NCBI RefSeq assembly: GCF_964204865.1
Contig: NC_135255.1
Span: 930,001-994,000, forward strand
DNA: 64,000 nt
Direction of reading: 5' to 3'
DNA from: Styela clava
Taxonomy: Eukaryota
The notes beneath the pieces are model-generated. The model ran no database searches. It was not told where the DNA came from and worked only from the letters and a program-made list of their open reading frames with translations. Below are positions 41,201 through 53,695 of this stretch, one piece after another. The position numbers were made by a program, and so were the translations under genes. Each line of letters opens with the position of its first letter. Position 1 is the stretch's first letter.

Positions 41201-44200
41201 ATGCAAGAACTATTCATGATCAATTTGGAATTGTTTGCATCGGTGTTGTCAATCATTTGGATATCTGTTGTTAATAGTTATTGGACACAGACAGTTTAAA
41301 ACACAAAAGGATTCTTCGAAATATTTATTTAAACTCTGAGAACTCTTACAAAAGAATTTCCATATCACACCGGATTTCAACTTAATAAGAAATTAATTTA
41401 GTATGGTCTCTGGATAATACCCTACAAATTTCAAATTGAGGAACAGCATGGCTATATTTGTCTTTGTGTAAAAGTATTTAAATTTATTTATAAATTTCAA
41501 TAGCAACCTAATCGCAAATTCCTATTTTTTTAGCAATATGGACAGTTACCATGACAATGATTTAACAAACTTAAGAAATACTTGGCTTGATATATTGGAG
41601 AAACGTAAAGATTATCTTGATCAAGAAATCAAACGACTTGCTAACAAGGGTAAATACATCTTGATTTGAGCTGCAGAAGCTTTTTTTGAAACTGTCATCA
41701 GCTTTTTGCATGATAACGTAAAAGTTTTGTTCTCGTATAATATTGAATACTGCATATAGAAGATATTGTGTATGTTTCTTCAGCTGATAAAAGTTTACTT
41801 GAACAAGAGAGAGAATCTCGTTTATTCGATCAATGGTTGACCTTAACAGAAGAACGGAATTCTTTAGCAACTCCTCATGCTGGTATTCCTGGTGCACCTG
41901 CTTCATGGGATCCTCCTGATTCTATAGAAATGCATATTCCTGTCTTGTTTTTGGATATCACAGGTATGATGTGCAATCGGTACCTTGTGATTGATTATAT
42001 CATGTGCAATATGGCAATACTTGATGTGTATTTTGATGTTTTCACTTCAAGATAAAGTTTGTTCGTCCAGCCCTTTGTCTGAAAAGCATAAATCCATAAA
42101 AACACAACAAATCTTTCTGTTAATTTTATGCTTTTTTAGACAAAAGGCAACATATTGAAATGAATTTCAATTGCTTACAATCAATTTTTTAATTTTACAA
42201 GGGTTTTTGATTTCACATATACAAGATATCTATTTTATCTTATCCTTCTTGCTATTTGTAGGTGATGATTGTAAAAATGAATTACTTCACAAACCACGAG
42301 GTCTCGATAATATGTTGCCGAATGAACTGCCTGGAAATTATATCGAAGTTCCAATCATAAGAGCGGGAACTGATGAGGTTGGTAATATTTGTTATTTTGT
42401 TAAGATTTCCAAATTTTTTGTTACGAGTTGCTTCAGCATTTTTAAGTCTTCGTAGCATTATTTTGATTATTATTTTATATGTCGTCTCGTATTGTAATAA
42501 TGTATTTATACAGATGCACAACCATCTTACTGCAGTTGCATCGTGGGATTCATCATTACATGATTCAATATTGTTAAACAGAGTTACTCCATCTAATGAG
42601 CAAGTCTATGTTGTAATACAGGTAGTTTGTTTGTCTATTTTGAAAAAATAACTGTGTTAATATTATTATGTAATATTTATAGTTTACAAAGCACAGCAAG
42701 TGTGAGCAAACCACAGTCCTCAGACTGTATACAGCTTGTATTGAATTATCATACGACGCTCCATGTTTTATATGGATAAAAGAATCATTTATGAGAAAAC
42801 AATGGTTGATTGCTACAGGTCCTTTTTTGCTAAAAAATGGCCATGATGAAAAATATTTGTTGGATGTTTTCTATATTTCCGACAACGAATATTTGTGCAA
42901 TAACATGTAATCATTCCTGAAGGTATACAAGAATAAATATACATGCTCCTTGACAAATATTAATTTGCAGGCTTTGCTGAGTAGAGTATGGCTCCTGATT
43001 TTTAAAAATTTTTACAGGTAACAGGGTCCATTTTCGTCATTGGTGGAATTAGAAAATTGAATATACTTGCAATTTAGTTAAAATAAAACTTTATCAGTTA
43101 TGAGAACACTGCATCAATAGAAAGTGCTGTCCCCGGCTAACTTATGTGACCCCCGAGCCAAAACAATAACACTGGTCTACAAATGTTGTAGACATAATGT
43201 TATGTGCTGACAACACCAAAACCTTGGATTCATTTGATTCCCAACCATTGCGTCAATGTATTTTTAAGTTCAATCCTCTTACGCTAATTAATTCAGGACA
43301 TTTTTACTAAGTACTCAAATGGACTGCAACCGTCTGCAAGGTCTGAAAACCCATTTACGGAATTGAATTTTTTATTTATTTTTCCAATTAAGAGAAAGTT
43401 ATTCTATTTAATTCTAAATTCTTTCAATTCAGGTTCATCTTCGATTAAGCCATCCTGTAGATATGTCCATTGTTTTGAGAAAAAGAATTTGTGTATCCAT
43501 ATATAAACAGCGAGGAATAACTGCTTTTATGAGAAGAAGAATGCAAGGGAAGGTATGTGTTTAATAAGCTTTCATATTTTCTCAACGAAGATCGGGGTTT
43601 GTTGAAAGTTGGGTGAATCCATTTTGCTGCAAAATCATGATACATACCAAGTTTTGCCACTTTTATTTATCAAGAAATGGCAATATGTGTCTCAAATTTG
43701 GACTGTGGAAATATGTAATTTCATAGATGAATTGTTATTTTTTGTTAATGGGTGAATCCATGATATACTTCTTCCACTTTCTTAGTTATTGCGATCATCT
43801 GGAGTGATATATGAATTGGTATCGAGCATTCCATTATCATCTCAAGACAACGAAGACCAGGAATCTCTTGCTATTATGGCTGCTTCGGGAGTGGATTCAA
43901 ATGTAAGTGTTTTTTGTCTCCTGTCTATTGATCTATTTTGGCATATGGACTTAGATAAAATGCAATCGAACACAAACAAACTTTTATTTTCAGGATACTA
44001 CTGATGACAAAGTTTTAGATGATAATAATGATAAATCAACAAAAACTAAAAAGAATCCATTCGAATCATATGTAACTCGGTCGATGCAATCTGTAGATGA
44101 TATTTTATCTCTCGATAAAATTCGACAACAAGTTACTTTACGAGAAATTATTCATGCACATAAACAGAAACAGGTACTTTTATAATGTAATAATAATCTT

Positions 44201-45288
44201 AGAATGAACAGTAGTAATTTTTTCGATACATCTTCAACACTTTATTTATGTTTTCGACTATCATTACATCCCATTCCCATTATATCGTAATGATGAAATA
44301 ATAATAAGGAATAAGCTTTGGAGCCAATGGAAAGTTAAACAATTTTCGCTCCAACCCAGAGTTAACAAAGATTTCCCTTCGATTTGAAAAAAATTCTAGA
44401 CTCCAGCTCTGCTCGAACATAAATTAACAGAGAAAACTTAGCCGTATGCAAGCTTTTTCCAATAGACTGTTTAAGAACACTTAGTGAAATTAATGCTTTT
44501 TCAGTTTTAGTAAGAAGTTTTGATTTATTTCATCACCATTAAATATCTGCAATTCCAACTCTGGTGAATTCAGTGTTTCGACTCCACAGCACTGGCTACG
44601 TGTGATGCTAATGTGCAAAGCCAAGCTGAACCATTACAATCCTTCATTATATTTTTGACTATTTTTAAGATTAAATTCCGGCTACCACGTTCAGAACGAG
44701 CTTTACAATCAAAGCAAGTTATATATTCTTGTTGGGGACATAAAAAACGAATAAAGGTTAAAATGAGCTGCTTTCGTGAATCGAATATCCATTTGAAATC
44801 AATTTTATAAATGAATGATAGGAATATTTAATTGACCAATTTACAGTGATATGAAAACAGTGATTTTGTTACACACAAGCAATGAGAATGATAACCTGGA
44901 AAATTATTTTTTTAATCTTATATTAATTCATAATTACATAAATATTGGTAATTTTAGATCATAACCTGGTTCATGTTAGACGACATATGTTAGATAAGTG
45001 TTTTTGTAATGACTAATGTAGATTTCCAATAACTGCATAGCATTTTTTTGATGACTACAAGTACATTTTTGTATTGCATGCAAAGTGATATAGACACTTC
45101 AAGGTTATAGATTGTTTCCTTCTAATAAAATTTAGCCTTACCTGGTCAAAATAATGTCATGCAGCATGGCTGTGGGGTTTCCTTGCTCACATAAATTTCC
45201 AGTTAATTAGTAACATGGGTGAATTAAGAATTTATAATACTTAATTTTTTTTCAGAAATCTCAAAAGAAAAGTGCTGACAGCAGGTGA
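26215..45288 (+). CDS. KIF13: Kinesin-3 motor, KIF13A/KIF13B (Khc-73/KLP-4)-like, 35 coding exons, 1489 aa
   Basis: Exons 26215-26299, 26663-26753, 28775-28787, 29426-29579, 30322-30502, 30918-31014, 31350-31475, 32074-32186, 32302-32413, 32616-32704, 32955-33078, 33460-33570, 33675-33809, 34071-34201, 35151-35335, 35539-35616, 36026-36132, 36607-36776, 36879-37041, 37245-37388, 37637-37780, 38293-38473, 38790-38928, 39001-39138, 39880-40107, 40588-40720, 41053-41180, 41534-41649, 41784-41963, 42262-42377, 42514-42621, 43433-43552, 43786-43902, 43994-44173, 45256-45288 sum to 4470 nt with consistent phases. Motifs: [13 protein letters not shown]-loop [41 protein letters not shown] region ([19 protein letters not shown]...[18 protein letters not shown]), [22 protein letters not shown]. 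The last exon is the least certain. Confidence 0.96.
28775..28787 (+). other. 13-nt micro-exon (KIF13 coding exon 3)
   Basis: acag|AAAACACACCAAG|gtaagc. It is required to join exon 2 (ends phase 2) to exon 4 (starts phase 0), giving [19 protein letters not shown]. Confidence 0.85.
29854..30165 (+). mobile_element. DINE-1/HINE-like element, copy B (KIF13 intron 4)
   Basis: 5' palindrome acttatcgattttaatcggtaagt, (GTCT/GTTT)n tract, 3' subTIR atcgataagt, hairpin tcggtc-tct-gaccga and a T-rich end. Confidence 0.85.
42046..42123. repeat. Intronic partial duplicate of the KIF13 exon 25 / intron 25 junction, 3' part inverted
   Basis: 42046-42095 matches 40047-40096 at 46/50 nt. 42098-42123 matches the reverse complement of 40097-40122 at 22/26 nt. 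Confidence 0.85.
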
Positions 45289-47689
45289 CAATGGCAGAAA
45301 AGCATTCAGTATGTTATCATGATGATGGTGTTTCCTATTCTATCTTTGCTGACTCGTTATATTATTCATCATAGTGCACTAAAAAGACGATGCCTTGCTA
45401 TTTATTGATTTATTTTATTCTTTTACTGTATTCAATCAAACCTTTCTAAAATATTATCAGATTTTTTCTTAGTCATCACCAATGAAGGATTTGATCCCAT
45501 TTCCTAATCTCTGAAGAATTTTTAGTCCCAATCATGCCTACAGCAACACAGCCTGCTTAATGAACATGAAATAGCAATCTACCGAAAGTGAATTTCTGTT
45601 GTTTTATTACTGTTCTAGTTAGCGAAATTTGATTTTGCATTTTTTTGTAAGGTTTTGGCTTTGTTCATACTAACTATTACACATGCTGAAGCACAAATAA
45701 TATGAAAAATTAATCTATTAAACAATATATATTTTCACATAGAGTTAGGAGTTCTGTTCGATGCTCTCAACCTCTCCACACTATATATATATTGCTACTA
45801 TTAGGCCATAAGATGTTTATACAGAAGCATGTTAGTTATCGATAACATCATATAGTGTCATTTATTGCAATTTTTGATATATTTATCACAACTAGATTTC
45901 AAACTTATTTACTTTAATTCAGAAGTCAATTTTGTTTAGTTGAAATTTGTATCCTATAAGCCTATAACGGGTATGAATGTGATTGTTTTAAAGCTCTCCA
46001 ATATCTGTAGGTAATTAATTAATTGTTCATGCCAACTTATTAGTCATATTGCGAGGTGTTTGTAGCATGTGCCATTCACATCTAATTATCATCTGCTTTA
46101 TGATGCATCAATTTATAAGGAATATTTTTTTTTATTGGTAGTAAATTCTATCTTCTATGCTTCTATCTATCTATCAACTCAAATGATTAGTTTGTTCCAT
46201 CATCGCTTCATTGTGCCTTTTTAGAAAATTAAATGAGAAATATTAGCTATATTTTGCATCACTGTCACTTTAGAAACATGATATTTCCTTTTATCATTTA
46301 CCTAACCACATTTCATGTATTCAATTTAATATAAATCTACATTGTTAGGTAATTGTAAAAGGCCAGAATAATGTTTTTTTTACAATCTAATTCAAAACAA
46401 TTTTCAACATTTCAGCAACCGATAGTTGACTCCAAATGATATAAGCATTTTGCGCTGTATTTTTCCATTCTCTTCTTTTGGTTACTAATATCCATATTAT
46501 GACGCATTTGTATGGCGAATCATAAACATCAATGTAAATGAGTGATCACCATGTTATTTTGAATCTCTAGGGCTGATGTATTTTTATAACATTGTATATT
46601 CTGAATCTTAGTTACTTAGACATCACCATTGTTCTTAAGTTTCATCCTAAAATCAGCATTATATAACAGAGCATCTGTAAAATGAAGTTAGTGTAGCATG
46701 CTGACGAGTTCTATAATGACAGTATTTCTTTCGAACTGATTGTAGTTCATAATGTATGTTGCCAAATTCAACTAGGTACGAACGGAAATATTAAAATAAC
46801 TTTCAGAATAGATATTTATAAAATATGTAGGCCAAAGGAATAGAATGTAACTACAAATAATTAAAAACTTGCCTGCAAGACATCAAATATTTCAAAATTA
46901 TGATGAATAAAAAGGGTCAATTCTATTGTTACTGCAAAATAACCCCCCTTTGTACAAGATTCTTGATCATGTTAATAGTATATTTTTAAGTTGAATATGC
47001 TGTATGTTATCGTATTAAATGAGAATAAAAGACTGTGATTCAATTCCATTTGTACAATGTCGCTTATGCATCAATAATACAGTAGTGTTAAAATCATGTG
47101 CGCTTTTATGTGTTGCTTCCTTTTGTGTAGCTCTCTATTTCGCTCGCATAGTTTCAATATTGATTTTAATCATTTTTGCGAATCATTTTTGATAATCGTT
47201 ATTGCTGACTATTCTGCAAATTATTTTACTCGTCATTACATAGTAGATCTTTTTTTGCTTTACGTCTAAAATGGTATTTTTTCTTAATGATAAATTATTA
47301 TTTATATTAAAAATAAAGCAGTATCATTCGTATTCTATGTGGCATGTTATTTACACGACCTCCTGTGAAAATGTTTTTAAAAATCGTTCCGAATGTTAGC
47401 TGATGAGTAATCCGTTATTTAGAACATTTAGGCACCATTTTTCATTCTACTATAGGTTGCAGATCTGGTCTCTCGGGTGGCGTATTTTCTTATACTTTCC
47501 ACCTTTCTCTTAAGTTCCATCTCAAACAAAACATTGGTCGTATCATATGTCACAAGGAACAAATAACTGCCATTTAGGATTTTGCAAAATATAGTGTATT
47601 TGATAATTATTACATCAGTAAAGCTTAAATAGTGACTGCGCAGACACAGAAGCGAAAATTTCGTAGCTGAAAAAGGATGCACACGCTCA

Positions 47690-48410
47690 AAGCGTTGTTT
47701 GAAATAGACTAGTGGATCCGTTAGCTCAGCACAGTATATGTATTCAAATGGCCACTGAAGAAGATACCGAGTGCGACAAGTCTAACAGGATGAGGGAAAT
47801 GGGAGGCACCTGCAACGCCACCGCCACTTGAAACAGAAACTACTTAAACGGAAGTTTAGATTTGCAAAATCCACAGGGTGACCTCAAAAAACTGAACCCA
47901 TAAATTTCATTAATTTCCAGTTAGTGGTGCGCATTTCCTACAGTCAGGATGTCAATAGCAACAATTATGTTTATTGAGGCACAGCGCCACGAAGGAAGTC
48001 GTACGAAGACAACTACACTCGGTAGATTGCACGACACGGGTAATCATTTTCAGACATGGCATAATTGGTTTGCGGACGAGGATGAACGAGCTCAAGTCGT
48101 GAATAGGGAACGTTAGTGCTGGACATCACTTGTACGTTTTAGAGGGATTGATAGAGGCAACGAGCAGTTACAGCATGATGGGGCGACCCCCATTCAAATC
48201 ACACCCTTGACTGACAGAGCGATTTCAGTGAAAGCCGATATGATCTGCAATGACGCCGAGTGGGCACCTCATTCATCGGGCTTGACCCGTGAACTCAGCG
48301 CAGAAGTCAGAGCAATCCCCATAGAGAAGTCTGTGCGAGTGATGGACAATTTTGCTAACGCATTCAAGGGTGTCTCCAACGCCGAGGGGGGCATTTGGAA
48401 CATATTCTGA
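47690..48410 (+). mobile_element. Decayed Tc1/mariner-superfamily (rosa/maT-like) transposase remnant
   Basis: Fragments VNRER*, QHDGATP (48171), WAPHSSGLT (48261) and AEVRAIPIEKSVRVMDNF...EGG correspond to TVNGERY, QQDGAPPH, WPPRSPDLTP and the C-terminal NF..R..C....GGH motif. Many stops; TIRs not resolved. Confidence 0.7.
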
Positions 48411-49165
48411 AGAAAACGTATTTTTTTGTGCAAAACGTGCAAAAAGAAAATTGATTAATTCACTCCATTTTTGTAGCAGTTAGTTAAGTAATTTATAGGT
48501 TCTGTTTGTTTTTTCTGATTTTTTTACTTTCACATTATACATCTGCCACAATAATGACTATTTTGACTATTCAAATTAGTCTTGAAACATTTCACGGTTA
48601 GTAATGTTGCGAAACATTATCAGTGTTAGCAACTTTTATTGCCATTAATTTAGGATCATCTATCATGCAAGGCAAATGTCAATATGATAATTATAATAAT
48701 AAATAACAAGAGAGCAATGTTCAAATATATGGATACGAAGGTTAAATGTTTACGGCCTAATTTAGCATAAAATTACCCTATTTTGAACCCCTCGTTTCAC
48801 AGACAAGTAATGTGTTTTTTGGGTATATCTAAATAGTCGACAATCTTGAAATCGGAGAACTGTGCTTCCGACAAAAACAAATACCCCATACGACAATTTA
48901 GCAAATCGATTCTTATGCATTCTTCGTGTCAATAAGACTTATTCTTACAGGTGTGAATTGTGTTTATTGGAATGCGCCAAAGCGCGATTTAGCAAGCAGC
49001 AGCGATTATCGCAAGTTTTCAGCTTACTGCTAGGAATATTTGATAAAATCACATGCATCTCAAATTACTAACAGGAACCCAGTTTCTAAGGATTTAGTTC
49101 AAGCGCAAACTACCGTGAACGAATATGATAAAACAAATATTTGTAAAACACGACTAGATGGTAGT

Positions 49166-50624
49166 TTATAAGTCTGATGAGGGCATTTCCCACCAGTTTT
49201 CACCACTCATTTTTGTAGGAGATGGCGACGCACTTATTTGACCCCATGGGTCAACAAATATAGTTTCTGTTTCAACATGAGAGCCGTTCTGAGAAGTAAC
49301 ATATGATGTAGTTGCGTTCGGTGGGTTTTGATATACAGATTTTGACATATATGCATTTCTAGTGACGATTGAAGATTTTCTCTCAGGGACAGGTGGAGGA
49401 GGATCAAAATTCTGAGCACCTGCTGTTTTTGCTCTTTTAAATTCATCATCGGCTCTATAATATTCGTCTTCCTCCACCATCACAAAATCACAATGTCTAT
49501 TGTCTCGATTCAATGCCCTTCGTCTGTTAAAATAATATGATAAAACAAGGGTCGTACTAACATTTGAGCCCGAAAAAATTGTAATAAATCCGCAATAACA
49601 ATAAGTATGTAATGCTAAAACTACACACTACGAAACCAGGATGATAAGAGTTGTGGCAAATATGCAACAGCACGTCTCTTATTAACGCAGACGTTGATTA
49701 AGTCTATAACATATTCTTCTTTTTTCGCGATAAAAATATCATGCATTCGCATTCAAAAAAAAAGGTTCGCTACCTTAATGATAAACCAGGGGCGTAGCCA
49801 GGCGGATGGCTTTGGGGGTCGGAACCTCCCCCTTCTGAAACGTAAAAAATCTAATAGCATCCTTCTGTATCATACATAGCAATTTTGTGTAGCTTAAACC
49901 CTCAAGACTCACGAAAACACATGCTTCCGGCGTCCCGCTAACCGTTTCGAACTAACTTGGCTAAATAGAAATTTTACCTTTGGTAATTTCTGGCAACCCT
50001 CCTGTGATAAACATACCTCTGCAATTTTAACTTCATAAGAAAAAAACGTGAATCATATAATTCATAGTCACGTTGGACTTGTAGTAAGGTGTGAAACTAT
50101 TTCATTGAAAAAATTAATTGAATGTATGCAATAACAGGTTAATTTTCTCATGCAAAGTGGTGTTAAACTTTAATTTCTCACACTGGGCAATACCACAGAA
50201 AATAAGGACTTCCAGAAGTATGCGCACCAAGATGATGCACGACCTGAACATAGTGTGTGTACCGGTTAGGATTCAGGTTGTGCGACATCTTGGTGCGCAT
50301 ACTTCTGGAGCACCGAAAAAAATGGGAAGAAAAAGTTGAAGTCGTGACAAAGAATTCAACACAATATCATTTCTGAAATTTATGACATTTCTCAAATGTT
50401 TTACGTAACACAAAACAACTGTTGACATTAAACACGACTTACTTTCTCGATTTCGCTTGGCAGAACAGTAGCAACAAGAATCCCATCAAAATCGCTGAAA
50501 ACATTATTCCATATGGAATAATCCATGATTCGATCTGCCCACCATTTTTCAAATGCTGTAATCTAAGTTGTGCTTGAATTTCTTCCGTAATATTGTTGCT
50601 TCTCACCCTAATTTTCTTCACCAT
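49166..50624 (-). CDS. Uncharacterised 179-aa single-pass type III membrane protein with adaptor-like tail (2 coding exons)
   Basis: Exons 50624-50443 (donor gtaagt) and 49523-49166 (acceptor ttttaacag) join in frame (540 nt). An in-frame stop lies upstream of the ATG (50670-50672), and AATAAA is on the minus strand at 48963-48968. One hydrophobic segment WIIPYGIMFSAILMGFLLLLF is followed by CQAKSRKRR. Confidence 0.8.
49787..49835. mobile_element. Probable PIF/Harbinger-type MITE end
   Basis: caggggcgtagccagg..ggggg..aacctcccc is a typical Harbinger MITE terminus. The partner end was not found. Confidence 0.4.
50211..50309. repeat. ~100-bp hairpin / mini-MITE in the intron of the membrane-protein gene
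   Basis: Perfect 24-bp inverted repeat tccagaagtatgcgcaccaagatg (50211-50234) / catcttggtgcgcatacttctgga (50286-50309), continued inward by gcacgacctgaa / ttcaggttgtgc. Confidence 0.85.
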
Positions 50625-52302
50625 TTTACAATTTTTTTTTCCAAATTTTACAAGTGTGCTGGTATACGGCTATATTACCGTAACGATGATAACTAGGGTA
50701 TAAATGCCGAGAAATAGAAAATCAACAGCAATGCAAACGAATTAGAACAAAAGTTACAGAACAAAGTGAGAATAGATGTTGAAAAAATGCTTTATATCGT
50801 TGTCCCCTTCCTCATGGAGAGAAACAATTTATTAAAATACTGTATCCCAATCGTAATAGGAAACCCGATAGTGTCCTCCAGATCTTCATAGATCAGCACA
50901 ATCTTGTACAATGTACATAAATGTCAACTTAACTTCCGGGTATAAATTGAAGTGTAAAGTCACATACAATAACATAACACTCGGGCGAGCTATATGCATC
51001 CGGTCCCAATTCATTACAACCTAACGTTAACATCAAAAGTTTTACTAGTGCATCCTACTAGGTCAAGTTCTATATTACGATACTCGTTTGATAAAATAAT
51101 ACAAAGCGTGTGCGATTGAGACTGAATCACGTGAAACGTTTAAAAATGCCGACAGTTTTTTCCAAAACTGTTAAAACCTATTACTTCCGTAAACCCCAAT
51201 CGATGCAGATGATGATTACTGATATAAAGTGAAGAAAACTAGTCTTTCGACTTTGGAACTCATATCCTATCTATTTTAAACTGAATTTCATAAATAGTTT
51301 CAAGTACGTCCTTGCTTTCTCTATACAGTATCTCATCGCAAGCGATTTCATCTTTGCACAGGTTCTGAGTTCAGTCAACGGAGAAGGTGTTGTGACGGCA
51401 TAAATCAAATTACTGTATAATAATCCACATTATCAACTTATCGAACACAGACAGCGTTGATACCTCCCATTTCGTTGTCTACGTGATTCGTTATCTTACG
51501 GATTCGGTAGGAGTGATTCCAATTTGCTGCTTTAACCTGTTGAGCAATATCATAATTTTATAAACATGCTCGATGTCTGTTGACGATGAGCGAATCAACT
51601 GGTACTTGGAAACTTCCGTGTGTCGTTTGTCCTAGGTTAGTCGTCAAGAGCACTTGTCTATTCGCCATAATGCATGGTGTGTAATGGGTGTGTCCTGTCA
51701 TGTCGAGACGGCGGTTTGCACACCCGTACTCATTCAACCACTATACTTCGAAATAAACTATAATTTTTATCGATGTTCTAGTAAGCACTAAACAGCGATC
51801 AATGAACGTAAACTCATCACCATACTTTCGAGAGTAAGTTGTCATCATTTGAGTAATTGACGTTCAAGAACAAATTTCATATATGCAATAAAACATGCAA
51901 GGTATTAAATACAAGGTAACCTCAGAATATCACTTTTTGATATTTAACGATGCCCATAGCATACATGTCACTATCGGGTACGAGGGTGTGGAAACGTCCC
52001 TCAAAATCGTCATGGTGTATTCGAACTTTAGTCGGCCAGTTTCAAATAACACAAATTAGTGTTCTACAGCAGTCCGCGAAATTTCTCTGGTTGGGCCACT
52101 TTCATCGCTTTTTCACGACTAACAACAAAATTCTGGAATGAGTCTTCATTTTTTAATATCAATTAATGATAACATCATTAACACACTTCCCCGCTCGTAT
52201 ATTAAATTGTTGGAAATTATATGAGAAAAAATATTCGGGAGATTAGGCTATTAAGAGGCCCATCCATCGTTCGAATTTGAAACCGTGTTCGAACTCGTGA
52301 AG

Positions 52303-52338
52303 TGTAATGATAACGAATGCGCATTCGTTATCATTACA
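52303..52338. repeat. Perfect 36-bp spacerless palindrome
   Basis: tgtaatgataacgaatgc|gcattcgttatcattaca. Confidence 0.95.
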
Positions 52339-53233
52339 GGTTAAACATCACTCAATTACAACAGGGTCGTTAAGCACATCGTGCAAAGATTCAGGGAAAT
52401 ACTTGGAGGTTGATTATGTGTGGGAGGAACGCTAAACTCATCGACGATGTCAGTGCCGGTTGAATGCTTTTTTTGAATTAAGTGCATTAATTGAGTGTTA
52501 ATTTGTACAGAAACGAACTTGTTGGGTAATATTTGACTTGCTTATAAAACTATAATATCTTTTGTAGGTAATAAAACTTGGAACTTCCGTTGATGAAAGC
52601 CGGAAAGCAACTCAATTACTTGAGATATTTCATTATGATATTCTTTGTATATATTTGGAATCTTTCGGTAACCGTTGTCGACAAAAAGGTTTTGTTGACT
52701 GTTATATATTTTTCATTGAAATTTGAATATATATATATATAAATATTTCTGAGCTTACAATTGGCGGAATTCTGCGACATTTTCCCATTGTCGCATCCTA
52801 GACACCGGTCGACTTAAAACCGCATAGCTGCTTAAATGGAGTGTACTTCTTCTCTCTCATTTTTGCGGGATCAATCTTTTTTACGATAGACTTTCAACTC
52901 ATTCGTGGCGTGTAATACATTTCTTATCTTATGGTATTTGACAGAAATTATTTATTTACGTCGATTTTTCTTGCATATTCGCATGATCTTGATTCCTATT
53001 TTATCAAGTACGAGCGAGACGCTGATAGATTCCAACCCATCATATCACGCCAATTATGGCTGCTACTTTTATCAAATTTGGGTAAGTCTTAAATAAATAA
53101 TAAGGCCAACGTATCGCGAACATTCACGACCACATAACATTACTCAAGGTGGCTTACCGGAATCGATTCCCCATTTACATGTAATCGGCCATATTGTACG
53201 ACCTGACTCTATATTTTGCTTGGCGATCTCAGT

Positions 53234-53695
53234 CAGAAATGTATCGACAATATCGGCCAACTTTTCGATATCGGTATCGGCCAAATTTAAACCGATATTT
53301 CCGATATATTTAGCTTTTTAGTATGATCCAGAATGTTTTAAAAAATAAGTTCGAATACTGATGTTGCAATTGTTTCTTTCTTGAATAGATAGTGAACTAT
53401 GGGCCATACACATACCCAGGAATATGACGCAGACGCAGGATTATGATTCTGACCTTTTTTTAGCCATTTATCAGCCAAACTAGCTCAACTAATTTAGATT
53501 TTCGCTGTCAAATTTTTATATTGACATTTTAAATATTACCTCACAATTATGAACGAATATATCAATCGAATATTAGTGGATTTTTCAATGATTAAAAAAA
53601 TATGTCATTATATAGGCACAATCCTGCGCCTGTATCGGTATCGGCGTTTATAGTTGGTATCGGTATCGGCGACAAAAGTGGTATCGGTACATCTC
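53234..53695. mobile_element. hAT-type MITE inserted in a pseudogene exon
   Basis: Ends cagaaatgtatcga / tcggtacatctc with many atcggtatcgg subterminal motifs. It is absent from the paralogous site at ~56929 (atctcaat). Confidence 0.8.
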
